64,000 nucleotides of DNA from Candidatus Poribacteria bacterium. Lineage in GTDB: Bacteria; Poribacteria; WGA-4E; PCPOR2b. The stretch covers positions 320,001-384,000 of the forward strand of contig OZ242351.1 of NCBI GenBank assembly GCA_965208675.1. The letters run 5' to 3'. The notes beneath the pieces are model-generated. The model saw nothing but the letters and a program-made list of their open reading frames with translations. It had not been told where the DNA came from and made no database searches. Each line of letters begins with the position of its first letter. Within the stretch, counting starts at the first letter, position 1. Shown one piece after another: positions 19,298-28,960 of the stretch. The position numbers and the translations under genes are program-made.

Positions 19298-20365
19298 ATG
19301 AGCCAAAAATCGGTCGAACTGCTAATGGAACTGACCCACGCCGACGCCATTCCTGGGCACGAGGAGGAGGTCAGGCGAATTTTCCAATCCCGGTTGGAAG
19401 GGGTTGGAGAAATCCAAAGAGATCGATTGGGCAGTATTTTTTGCACCAAGAGAGGCAGCGCAGATGAACCGCGAGTTTTGGTCGATTCGCACATGGACGA
19501 AGTTGGATTCATGGTGCAGAATGTTACGGCGACGGGATATGTCAAATTTCTTCCAGTCGGCGGATGGTGGGCGCATACACTGCTTGCACAGCGGGTCAAC
19601 ATTTTGACGAAAAAGGGTAAGGTCCCCGGCGTGATTGGGTCAACTCCGCCGCATCTCCTAAGCGACAATTCGCGAGATGTGGTGATGGCTATTAAAGACC
19701 TTTACATTGATATCGGGGCGGACAATTCTGTTCAGGCGGCGGAAGATTTTGGCGTGAAGCCCGGTTGCCCAATTGCGCCGTTCGGACCGTTCATGCAGAT
19801 GAAAAACCCGAAGCTGTTTTCCGCGAAGGCGTTCGATAATCGGGTCGGTGTGGGATTGGTAATAGAATCCCTTCAACAGCTAAGCAATCACCCAAATACG
19901 GTCATCGCTGCCGGATGTGTGCAGGAAGAGGTCGGGCTGCGCGGCGCACGGACAGTAGCGGCTGCAGTGAAGCCTGATGTAGCAATCGTGATGGAAGGGC
20001 CGCCTGCAGACGATTTGCCGGATATTAGCAGCGATACGTTGCAAGGCAAGCTGGGCGGGGGTGTGCAGATTCGGTTGTATGATCCCACAATGATCGCCAA
20101 TCCGCAATTAGCGGAATTTGTAATTGACACTGCGGCCGCGCACCAGATACCGTATCAGATTGCTGTGCGTACCTCCGGAGGCACGGATGCCGGGGCCATC
20201 CATCAGGTCGGGCGCGGTGTGCCAGCAATCGTGCTAGGCGTACCAGCCCGTTATGTCCACAGCCATGTGTCTGTCATAAACATAGACGATTACCGTGCGG
20301 CATTAGACCTGCTGTTGTGTCTGATTCCTCAACTCGATACGTCAGTCGTTGATAGTCTGGTATAA
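19298..20365 (+). CDS. M42 family metallo-aminopeptidase
   Basis: PGHEEEV, DSHMDEVG, VGGWW, AFDNR, QEEVGLRGA, GGTDAG and RYVHS. Confidence 0.95.
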   Translation: MSQKSVELLMELTHADAIPGHEEEVRRIFQSRLEGVGEIQRDRLGSIFCTKRGSADEPRVLVDSHMDEVGFMVQNVTATGYVKFLPVGGWWAHTLLAQRVNILTKKGKVPGVIGSTPPHLLSDNSRDVVMAIKDLYIDIGADNSVQAAEDFGVKPGCPIAPFGPFMQMKNPKLFSAKAFDNRVGVGLVIESLQQLSNHPNTVIAAGCVQEEVGLRGARTVAAAVKPDVAIVMEGPPADDLPDISSDTLQGKLGGGVQIRLYDPTMIANPQLAEFVIDTAAAHQIPYQIAVRTSGGTDAGAIHQVGRGVPAIVLGVPARYVHSHVSVINIDDYRAALDLLLCLIPQLDTSVVDSLV

Positions 20366-20374
20366 AAATTTGAG

Positions 20375-20425
20375 GTAGCAAGTAATGAGTAATGGGTAAT
20401 GAGTAAAGCGTAATGCGTAATGAGT
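20375..20425. repeat. Heptamer tandem repeat (GTAATGN)x6-7
   Basis: GTAGCAA GTAATGA GTAATGG GTAATGA GTAAAGC GTAATGC GTAATGA. Confidence 0.85.
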
Positions 20426-20429
20426 TTGT

Positions 20430-20752
20430 GTAGGTTGGGTTTGGCGAGCGTGTTCAACGCCGCCCCAATCATTCCTTTACCTGTAGGAGCGGCTTCCCAG
20501 CCGCGATAATCAACCTCAATCGTCCGTGTATGAGCGGGTCAAGCGACTGAATAGCGAGCGCGATAGCATCAAATACGGCTACCGTAAGAATAATCGCGGC
20601 TGGGAAGCCGCTCCCACAGGGTTAGTCAATAATAAATGGTCGCGGCTGGGAAGCCGCTCCTACGGGGAAGGGAATAATCGAGGCTAGGAAGCCGCTCCTA
20701 CAGGTACATACAGGAATTATCGAGATTTGTTCAGTTGATCTGAACCCAACCT
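20430..20752. repeat. Nested REP cluster right of the M42 gene; probably also a bidirectional terminator between convergent genes
   Basis: Outer inverted repeat AGGTTGGGTT (20432-20441) / AACCCAACCT (20743-20752) encloses REPs at 20483-20507 (inverted), 20593-20617, 20640-20663 and 20678-20701. Confidence 0.88.
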
Positions 20753-20759
20753 GTAAATG

Positions 20760-22589
20760 CTATTTCATGATAAGCATTTTCCGCGCTGCGAAATGGGTGC
20801 CTGCGGATAGGTGATAGTGATACACACCGCTTGCGACCCGTTCGCCCAATTCGTTGCGTCCGTCCCAGTAGGCGGCGCGTGACCGATGTTGATAAAAGCC
20901 TGCAGATTGGAATCCGAGCGAAAGCGTCCGAATCTGCCCGCCGTTCGCGTCATAAATTGACACGGTTACCGGTGCAGCTTCGGAAAGGTGGTACGGTATC
21001 CATGTTTCGGGGTTGAACGGATTGGGATAGTTCTGCAGTAGAAGCGTTCGTTCGGGCGTTCCGACGCTGTCAAGCCTAACCTGTAAAACCGCGTTTATAA
21101 GTGCGTCGGGTGTTACTGTGAAATCGAACATTTCTGAGGCAATCGCCCCGGTAGTGTCGGTCACGGTAACCGCTAAGGTATCACCAACTTGTGCAATGTT
21201 GCGGCGCGAAACATTGGCGGTCGCTGCGGCGAAGTACCCATTTCGCACTTCGCCTGTCATGGTATCCCCGGTGTCCAAGTTTTGCACAGAGACTAGGTAA
21301 CCATCGTGGTTTCGCTCGCCCTCTAAGTGTCCGCTGATAACAAATGCCCAAACACCTGGAATCGTTGCCGCGCTAGGCGCCGCAACAATTGGCGGTTGAT
21401 TCCTCCACGCAGCGCCAACAAATGAGACCTCCCGTGGCTGCAAGAGGTTGACGATGTAACCTTTCCAGCCTTCAATTGAAAATCCGTCGTCTGGTGCGTC
21501 CGGTGTCCAGCCGACAAAGCTCTGATTCACCTCATCAAGGTCAATTACTATTGTCGCACCAACCATCTGCGCTAAGGAACGGGCGGTCATCGGTGTGGTC
21601 GGTTTAAGGGGAACTGAGAGCATGTTCAAACCTTGAGCCAGAGGTACATGAAAAACGTTACTATAATCTTCAACAGTCTCACCCGTAAGGGGTTTGGCAA
21701 TAAATCCGTACCTTCGTCCATCTTGAGCGTCGTAGTATCCAACCACCTGCCCCGCCTTGTCAATATCCCGCCCCACCGTGGTCACGCTGCCCGGGAATTT
21801 CAACTCCTTCATCGTGCCATCCTGGTGGCGGATGTAAGTGCGCTCTGAATTATCCAGCTCTTTGGCTCTGAACACGATGATACCGGCATCATTGATTGCA
21901 TTCACGAAAAGGTACTCTAAATTTGACAACATACCCGGAAAATTAAAAGTGATAAAGCTGCCATCCGCTTGGCGCAAATACCCGTGATATGCCCCATCGC
22001 CGTCGACGTAACTTCCAACTAGGATTCCGTCGGCGTTCATATCGTCGGCATAGGTTGTCATTGATCCGGGTACATCAAACAATTCCTCACCGACAAAACC
22101 GTGAATAGCACCATCAGCATCAAAAATGTCTCCAATTAGCAACCCCGATTCACTAACGCCAAAAATCTCCGTTTCGGCTGCACCCGGAAAATCGAATTTT
22201 TTCAATTCACCGTGCTGCACGATTACGCCGTGCGAGACCTCGTCCGCATCTTGATAGAAGCCGACAGCCACGCCAGCGTTATTGAGTCCGTAAAAGCCAA
22301 AAGTGCGGGAGTTGGGGACGTTATAGGTGGCATAAACTCCGTCGATCAGCGTAAAACCGACCATTTTTTCACCATCAGGGCTGCGGGTGTTGCCTGCGAA
22401 ATGTCCGATGTCATTGGTTGACGTCAACTCCAGAAATTCGACGCCGGGCACCTCAATAGTCTCAAATACATAGTCTAAGGTAGGTTCAGTTGCCTCAGAC
22501 TGCGCCCAAAGTAGTGCGGCGCCATTTACCGATACAATAGTGAGGAAGATGGTCGTGAGAAGGGCAAATCGAAAAACGAGTATTTTCAT
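20760..22589 (-). CDS. Secreted beta-repeat (HAF-like) protein with a C-terminal FlgD-Ig/T9SS-type sorting domain
   Basis: Signal peptide; about six F-x-[FV]-P-G...N-x-x-G repeats; LAQGLNMLSVPL; LLQNYPNPFNPETWIPY...YWDGRNELGERVASGVY; AAGGAG SD. Confidence 0.85.
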   Translation of the reverse strand: MKILVFRFALLTTIFLTIVSVNGAALLWAQSEATEPTLDYVFETIEVPGVEFLELTSTNDIGHFAGNTRSPDGEKMVGFTLIDGVYATYNVPNSRTFGFYGLNNAGVAVGFYQDADEVSHGVIVQHGELKKFDFPGAAETEIFGVSESGLLIGDIFDADGAIHGFVGEELFDVPGSMTTYADDMNADGILVGSYVDGDGAYHGYLRQADGSFITFNFPGMLSNLEYLFVNAINDAGIIVFRAKELDNSERTYIRHQDGTMKELKFPGSVTTVGRDIDKAGQVVGYYDAQDGRRYGFIAKPLTGETVEDYSNVFHVPLAQGLNMLSVPLKPTTPMTARSLAQMVGATIVIDLDEVNQSFVGWTPDAPDDGFSIEGWKGYIVNLLQPREVSFVGAAWRNQPPIVAAPSAATIPGVWAFVISGHLEGERNHDGYLVSVQNLDTGDTMTGEVRNGYFAAATANVSRRNIAQVGDTLAVTVTDTTGAIASEMFDFTVTPDALINAVLQVRLDSVGTPERTLLLQNYPNPFNPETWIPYHLSEAAPVTVSIYDANGGQIRTLSLGFQSAGFYQHRSRAAYWDGRNELGERVASGVYHYHLSAGTHFAARKMLIMK

Positions 22590-23000
22590 ACGTGTGGGTC
22601 TCCTTGGTTGAGTGGATTAGTGCCGGTTTGCGCGAGAAATTGATGACCAATCAGTTAATTGTTGTGTGATTAATTTGAAGGACAAGTCGCTTTATCGCTG
22701 CGTATTCAATGGTAAGCGATGCATTCGTTTTAGCGTAGCCTTAAAATGCTCTAATCGAGTGTTCAAGAGGTGGCGTTCGTTGCAACTGTCGTCAAAGCGA
22801 TTCCAATGCCTTCACCCTTCATTGAAGGTGCGGAATGGGCAGCGTACGTGCCGAGGAATCATCTGTTTTATCATGGAAGGGTAAAACTAACTTGACGTTT
22901 ATTTCCGTCCAAGGATTGCATGAGGGTTGCGTCCGCGTGTCGACCTAACTGGCGTGTGAACATGTGCACTCTGTATCAATACAAAATACCGTCCTGCGAT

Positions 23001-24446
23001 TCATTCCCCAACCAAGCGTTGCATTAACACCTTGCGTGTTATGGGTTGAGCGAAATCCATTAGGTATATTTGGAAGACATCGCTTCGATCCGAAACAAAC
23101 GCGAGTTTTGTACCGTCTGGCGAGAGCGAGGGCTGCATGGAGACGCCGATGCCGTTTGTAATTCGCCGCTCGTTCGTTCCATCGGCGTCCATCATGTAAA
23201 TCTCCATATCCCCGTCCCGTGCTGACACAAAGACAATCGTTCTACCGTCTGCCGACACGACGGGGCTATAACAGTCGTAAGGATTTGGGTTAAGACGCAT
23301 TTCGCCGCTTCCATCTAAGTGTATTGTGTAAATCTGGTGCACTCTTTCTCGCCAGTGACCTCGTGAAGATACAAATGCAAGCCGCTCGCCGTCGGGAAAG
23401 AAACTCGGGCTGCCGTCGTCCACTTCGTTATGCGTTACCGGACTCGGTTCAATCGCGTCTGAATCCATGGATTCAAGGTCTATACCCCTAAGGTCTAGTG
23501 AGTACAGTTCCAGATTGCCCTCGCGGTTGGATTCGTAAACCACTCGCCGCCCGTCCGCCGATACACACGGTGCACGGACACCAAAGCCCACAGGCAACAG
23601 TTCCCGTGTCACTTTGCTGAAAATATGAGTCACAGAAAACCCGGCATACGTCTTCGTTGAACCGCTGCTTTGGAGCAAGAGTTTTACCTCTCGCGTGGTT
23701 CTCGGTTCACGGCTGTAAAGAAGATAATGTGGATTACTGAGGAACACCGGAGAGCTCTCATTAAAGTCAGCCGTGTAAGTGACGCGCTGGAGGATACGGC
23801 CATTTAGGTTCATTACATAGATGTCGCCGTTATCCGCTCGATACGACGCAAACGCGATTTGCGAGCCATCGGGTGAAAAAGCGGGCGAATAGCTGTCTTT
23901 TTCTCCATTTGTGAGTTGTGACACTTTGTAGGAATCGCCCACCAACCGGCCGACTTCTTGTAATATCAAGTTGTCTGAGGTAGATTTCACAATTGCCCGC
24001 AACTCATTAATTTCCGATTCCCGATCGCCTAACTTGAGGTAGGTTTTTGCCAATCGTAGACGGGCTTGCACCCGCAGTTCCGGTTGCGCCGTATATAGAT
24101 TAATCGCTATTTTCCAGTGTGCAATTGCTTCATCGTACCGCCCTAATCCTTCATGAGCCGCTCCGAGCAGGTCGTGCACCCTAGGATTTCGCCTATCCCG
24201 GTCTACAGTAACTTCCAACAGTTCAATTGCTTCTGTGTACTTGCCCGACCGAATGTGTTCCTCAATGTGTTGAAGAGAATTATCCTCCCCTGCGCAGCCT
24301 ATGGCTACAACCATCAACGCGATCTGAAAGATTTTACATCTTATGTGTGATAAGTAATGTGTAGTATGGAATGCGATTTGGGTTGCTCGTAATCTGAGCA
24401 GTAGATTGTACATAAGGGTAATTAGGTGACTTTCAAGGCGTCGCAA
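23001..24446 (-). CDS. TPR plus TolB-like PD40 beta-propeller (lipo)protein
   Basis: Possible lipobox VAIGC, N-terminal TPRs, then SPAFSPDGSQIAFAS and PSLSPDGTKLAFVSDR repeats. Start uncertain. Confidence 0.85.
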   Translation of the reverse strand: MRRLESHLITLMYNLLLRLRATQIAFHTTHYLSHIRCKIFQIALMVVAIGCAGEDNSLQHIEEHIRSGKYTEAIELLEVTVDRDRRNPRVHDLLGAAHEGLGRYDEAIAHWKIAINLYTAQPELRVQARLRLAKTYLKLGDRESEINELRAIVKSTSDNLILQEVGRLVGDSYKVSQLTNGEKDSYSPAFSPDGSQIAFASYRADNGDIYVMNLNGRILQRVTYTADFNESSPVFLSNPHYLLYSREPRTTREVKLLLQSSGSTKTYAGFSVTHIFSKVTRELLPVGFGVRAPCVSADGRRVVYESNREGNLELYSLDLRGIDLESMDSDAIEPSPVTHNEVDDGSPSFFPDGERLAFVSSRGHWRERVHQIYTIHLDGSGEMRLNPNPYDCYSPVVSADGRTIVFVSARDGDMEIYMMDADGTNERRITNGIGVSMQPSLSPDGTKLAFVSDRSDVFQIYLMDFAQPITRKVLMQRLVGE

Positions 24447-24607
24447 GGGACTTCTCGAATGCGAAATTCAATGAGACGCATTGGCGTTCATGGGGAAAGT
24501 CAACTAGCAATAAATGATGTGTAACCTAAGGTTCCAAGCCCGGTGGATAACGAAAATGCCGCTCAATCAACGCACCCATATCGGCGCCGAAGTAGTTCAA
24601 ATCTTGT

Positions 24608-25711
24608 TCATTTTATCCATCCGCCGCCGATTACGGTATCTCCGTCGTAGAACACCGCAGCTTGCCCCGGCGTGACTGCGCGGCGCGGCTGGTCAAACTT
24701 GACCTCAGCTTCTGTTTCGCTCAATGGGGTAATTTTTGCTGGCGCCCCCTCGTCCTTGGAACGAATTTTTACGTGAGCATGGATTGGCTCGGTTAAGGTA
24801 TCTGCTGCAATGAGATTCATCCGCTCCACCTGCAGCGTGTCCCGTAAAAGCGACGCTGCCTCACCGACAATAATGGTGTTGTCGCGAACATTCACTTCGG
24901 TGACATAGAGCGGTGTCCCGGTTGCAATACCTAATCCCCGGCGCTGTCCAACTGTGTAGAATGGCACCCCGATATGTTTGCCGAGCACTTTGCCTACTTG
25001 ATCAATAATGTCTCCATCCTGTATATTACCAGGTGTACGATCCTTTAGGAAGCGTCTATAATTCCCGTCCTCAATGAAGCACAACTCCTGACTCTCCATT
25101 TTTTCCGCACTTCGCAATTTGTATTTTCTCGCAATATCCCTCACCTGGTTTTTCGTGTACCCGCCGAGCGGCATGAGTGACTGACTCAACTGTTTCTGGG
25201 TCAAGGCAAACAAAAAATAAGATTGATCTTTCCGGATATCCACTCCCTTTCTGAGGATGTAGCGTCCGGTGTCGGGGTTCTGTTCAATTCTAGCATAATG
25301 CCCGGTAGCGATATAATCCGCCTCCAGATTCGCTGCAAGATTGAGGAGTTTTCCGAACTTCACCTCTCGATTACAAACCACACATGGATTCGGCGTCCGT
25401 CCAGAAAGGTATTCCTTGATGAAGTAATCAACCACATTTTGACGGAACTGCTCCTCATAATTCACCGCGTAGAAAGGTATACCCAACTTCATGGCAACAC
25501 GGCGTGCATCATCTATCACATCGGGAGAAATGCAATTTGGTTTATCGGTCTCAACGTCAATGGTATCTAGGGCGCCGAGTCGCATGGTTACGCCGATAAC
25601 GTCGAATCCGGCTTCAACCAGCAATGCTGCGGTCACAGAACTGTCAACGCCGCCGCTCATTGCTGTGACAATTCTCACTCTATCGGCAGAATCAGATTTG
25701 GGTTTTGACAT
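24608..25711 (-). CDS. mnmA: tRNA 2-thiouridylase MnmA (CxxC+C type)
   Basis: AMSGGVDSS, TPNPCVVCN, IATGHYAR, KDQSYFL, SQELCF, YTVGQRRGLG and AVTPGQAAVFY. Confidence 0.97.
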   Translation of the reverse strand: MSKPKSDSADRVRIVTAMSGGVDSSVTAALLVEAGFDVIGVTMRLGALDTIDVETDKPNCISPDVIDDARRVAMKLGIPFYAVNYEEQFRQNVVDYFIKEYLSGRTPNPCVVCNREVKFGKLLNLAANLEADYIATGHYARIEQNPDTGRYILRKGVDIRKDQSYFLFALTQKQLSQSLMPLGGYTKNQVRDIARKYKLRSAEKMESQELCFIEDGNYRRFLKDRTPGNIQDGDIIDQVGKVLGKHIGVPFYTVGQRRGLGIATGTPLYVTEVNVRDNTIIVGEAASLLRDTLQVERMNLIAADTLTEPIHAHVKIRSKDEGAPAKITPLSETEAEVKFDQPRRAVTPGQAAVFYDGDTVIGGGWIK

Positions 25712-25798
25712 AACAAACGCAAAGATTCAGAGGGGTTTTTGGAAGAGGTAGTTGAGAACTTAGCGTTACGATTGATGACGGTGAGTCAACTGCAATGT

Positions 25799-27529
25799 TC
25801 AACACGCCCCGCATTTTTTGCACACAACTGTATCGCACGAACTCGTCATGAATCCCTTCTGATGCTTGTTGTGTTCCAGTCGCAAGAATTCTGGCATGAC
25901 ATTTAGGTCGAGGTGGCCCCACGGATGGCGCTCGTCGATTAATCGAGGGCGTAGCGCATAGAAGTCAGGATCCAAGCTGTGATTTTTGAAAGCTTGTTTC
26001 CATGGTGTGCCTCTTGAGAGATCTAGTATCACCGGGCCAAGCCGTCGATCGCCGCGTGCAAAAACCGCCTCCTGATAAGCGAGCCGAGCGCTTGCTGACG
26101 ATACCTTCATTCCTCCCAAGCGCCCTATCTCAGTTTTCAGAAATGCCAGTTTTCGAGAGAGTGTTTTTGAATCTTCCATTGCTACCCACTGGAATGGGGT
26201 GTGCGGTTTGGGAACCATAGGGGAAATCGTAAAGCTAATTCGGGCCATTCGTCCACATCTTTTTGCATGAGGCAGCAAGATGGATCTCATCTCCTTTGCC
26301 ATGTCCACAATGGCTTCAACATCACGTACGGTTTCGTACGGTACGCCGATGAGGAAATAAAGGCGGAGATTTAGGATGTTTCGCTTTAATGCCTCCTCAA
26401 ACACGTGATACAGTCGTTCGCGCGGTATGGCTTTATTTACAACCTTTTGAAGATTATCGGTGGCGACTTCGGGCGCAATAGTGATTGTACCTTGTTCGCT
26501 TTCAGCAAGCGCGTCTAGCAATGGTGCCCGAACGGTTTCGGCCCGTAGCGACGCGCAAGAGATTCGAAACCCTCGATTTACCAAGCCCGTCGCTATTTCA
26601 TCAATCTGTGGATGATCTGAAATCGAGGCACCAACTAAGCCAATGCGGTTTGTGATGCCGCTTGCCTGCTCCGCAAGTCGTAACGTGTTTTCGACAGAGC
26701 GGTGTCGGGGCCAACGCCGCGCATAGTCAGCAACACAGAATCGGCATTGCCGTCCGCAGCCTCGCACAATCTCAATCAGATGGGCGTTGGAAAACTCTGT
26801 TTCAGGGGTGAAAATTTTGGTGCAAGTTTCAGCGTTATCAAGGTTGGATATGGCGGCGGCGGTTACTTTTTCGGAAGCAGGGGGTTTTGAATGGATGTTT
26901 TTGATTGTGCCATCACTCTTGTAGCTGACTTGGTAGAATCGGGGGACATAAATCCCAGGTTCGCTGGCAAGTGTGTGCAATAGGTCTGCTTTGGACGCTT
27001 TACTTGCTTTCCACTCCCCGAATCTATCCATTAGATGCTGGATCGAATTTTCAGCTTCACCGACCACGAAGACATCAATAAAATCTGTAATGGGTTCGGG
27101 ATTATAAGCGATATTAATGCCGCCCGCAATAATCAGTGGGTGGGTTTGAACTCTATCAATAGCAAGCGGTGGGATTTTGGAAGTCTCTAACGCGAGGGGA
27201 ATATTGACATAATCCGACTCAAATGAAACAGAAAAACCAACCAGATCAAATTCGTTCAATCGAGTCTGGGTTTCAAAAGAAAAGAGGGAAGTCCCGCTCC
27301 GTTTGAGTTGATGGAGGGTTTGTGCTTCGGGAATGAATGCCCGCTCACAAGCGGTGTCTTCCCGGTGGTTCAATGTGTCGTAAATTACTTGCACCCCAAG
27401 ACTGGACATCCCGAGGTAATACGTGCTGGGATAGACCAACGCGAACCGCACCGGCTTTCGGTAATTGAAGCGCGGACGATGCTCACTATCCAGCAAATTC
27501 CTGTACGTTTGGCGCAAGTCGTGTCGCAT
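25799..27529 (-). CDS. B12-binding/radical SAM protein (YgiQ/TIGR03960-like)
   Basis: LVYPSTYYLGMSSLG, EIVRGCGRQCRFC (CxxxCxxC), YFLIGVP and PKPHTPFQW; C-terminal CxxxxCxxCGAC. Confidence 0.85.
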   Translation of the reverse strand: MRHDLRQTYRNLLDSEHRPRFNYRKPVRFALVYPSTYYLGMSSLGVQVIYDTLNHREDTACERAFIPEAQTLHQLKRSGTSLFSFETQTRLNEFDLVGFSVSFESDYVNIPLALETSKIPPLAIDRVQTHPLIIAGGINIAYNPEPITDFIDVFVVGEAENSIQHLMDRFGEWKASKASKADLLHTLASEPGIYVPRFYQVSYKSDGTIKNIHSKPPASEKVTAAAISNLDNAETCTKIFTPETEFSNAHLIEIVRGCGRQCRFCVADYARRWPRHRSVENTLRLAEQASGITNRIGLVGASISDHPQIDEIATGLVNRGFRISCASLRAETVRAPLLDALAESEQGTITIAPEVATDNLQKVVNKAIPRERLYHVFEEALKRNILNLRLYFLIGVPYETVRDVEAIVDMAKEMRSILLPHAKRCGRMARISFTISPMVPKPHTPFQWVAMEDSKTLSRKLAFLKTEIGRLGGMKVSSASARLAYQEAVFARGDRRLGPVILDLSRGTPWKQAFKNHSLDPDFYALRPRLIDERHPWGHLDLNVMPEFLRLEHNKHQKGFMTSSCDTVVCKKCGAC

Positions 27530-27561
27530 GCTAATTGCAGGTACTCAACGTTAATATTCTC

Positions 27562-28746
27562 CTACTTTTTTTCCTTTGAGCCCCGCAGGCGTATGAACGT
27601 CGGTACATCCCACTGATCCTCGGTGTTTTCTGAACGATCCGGGTTTTTCTGTTTGCCAGCGCCCTGCTGACTCGTACGTTCTTGATCTGATGGTTGGTTC
27701 TTGCCAACGAGAAACTTCTCAAAATCAATTACGTCGCCATCCCGCTGGGCGGTCTGCATCCCGGTTTTTATGTTGGAGTCGAATCCGGTAGCGATTACAG
27801 TTACGCGGAGTTCATCTTCCAAATCATCATTGTAGGCAAGCCCGAAAATTAACTGGTCAGTGTCCGACGCATCTCTAATTACATCCATGGCACCCTCCAA
27901 CTCATGCATCATCATATCAGAGGGGCCCGTGATATTTACTATGATTCCAGATGCACCTTCAATGGAACTCTCTTCTAATAATGGTGAGGAGATGGCGTGT
28001 TGTGCCGCAATCTGCGCACGGTTATCTCCGGATGCAAAACCAATCCCCATTAATGCACCGCCGGAGTCAGACATTATCGTCTTGACATCAGCAAAATCAA
28101 GATTAATCTCGCCCGGTACCATAATAAGATCGGAGATGCTTTGGACAGCATGGAGTAGAATCTGATCTCCCATACGAAAAGCCAAACGAATAGGTAATTT
28201 CCGATCTACAACCTCCATCAAGCGTTGGTTGGGAATAACAATTACGGAGTCAGCACATTCCTGGATATTTTGCAGACCGTCTTCGGCTTGGTTAGCTCGC
28301 TTGCTACCCTCAAAGTCAAATGGTCGTGTCATGACGCCAATAGTCAATGCCCCACTTTCTTTAGCGAGGCTTGCAATAACGGGGGCTGCACCCGTCCCAG
28401 TACCACCGCCCATTCCGGCAGTCACGAAAACCATGTCTGCCCCTTCAACGATGCTTTTCAGTTTATCTTTATCCTCTTCCGCAGCTTTACGTCCTTTTTC
28501 GGGATCTGCTCCTGCGCCAAGACCGCTCGTCGTATTGATGCCCACTTGCACCCTTGTTGTGTTATGGCATGTTCGCAGCGCTTGCAAATCTGTATTGACG
28601 ACATAAAACTCTACTCCAGTCAACTCCGCTTCAATCATGCGCTTGACTGCGTTACTTCCTCCACCGCCAACGCCGATAACTTTAATTTTTGCTAAATCTT
28701 CAAATTCTTCCTGTTCAAATTCAATCATGCTAATTTCGATTACCAT
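27562..28746 (-). CDS. ftsZ: Cell division protein FtsZ
   Basis: IKVIGVGGGGSNAV, NTDLQAL, GLGAGADP, tubulin motif GMGGGTGTG, INLDFADV and C-terminal DVPTFIR. The start may be ATG 28728. Confidence 0.98.
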   Translation of the reverse strand: MVIEISMIEFEQEEFEDLAKIKVIGVGGGGSNAVKRMIEAELTGVEFYVVNTDLQALRTCHNTTRVQVGINTTSGLGAGADPEKGRKAAEEDKDKLKSIVEGADMVFVTAGMGGGTGTGAAPVIASLAKESGALTIGVMTRPFDFEGSKRANQAEDGLQNIQECADSVIVIPNQRLMEVVDRKLPIRLAFRMGDQILLHAVQSISDLIMVPGEINLDFADVKTIMSDSGGALMGIGFASGDNRAQIAAQHAISSPLLEESSIEGASGIIVNITGPSDMMMHELEGAMDVIRDASDTDQLIFGLAYNDDLEDELRVTVIATGFDSNIKTGMQTAQRDGDVIDFEKFLVGKNQPSDQERTSQQGAGKQKNPDRSENTEDQWDVPTFIRLRGSKEKK

Positions 28747-28960
28747 TTAACAATTTCAGTAATCTTATTCCTCCTTTGTCTTGCACCGCACGAGATAGAT
28801 AAGACCTTTAAACATGCCGGATAATGTAACTTCGCAAATCAATTTGTTGTCGGAGATTCAGATGTCATGCAGGCTTGAGGGCACTCCAGCCGTGATTGGA
28901 TGAACATCACGGACTAATCCACAACTAGACTTCGCCCCATCATACGGGAATACGATAGAG

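Noticed and set aside
20593-20701. Same-orientation 24-bp repeats with short spacers resembling a mini CRISPR array (also 19079-19274)
   Set aside because: Spacers are only about 14-22 nt and irregular, one spacer is shared between the two clusters, an inverted copy is present, the repeats end in CTAC/GTAG like REPs, and no cas genes are present.
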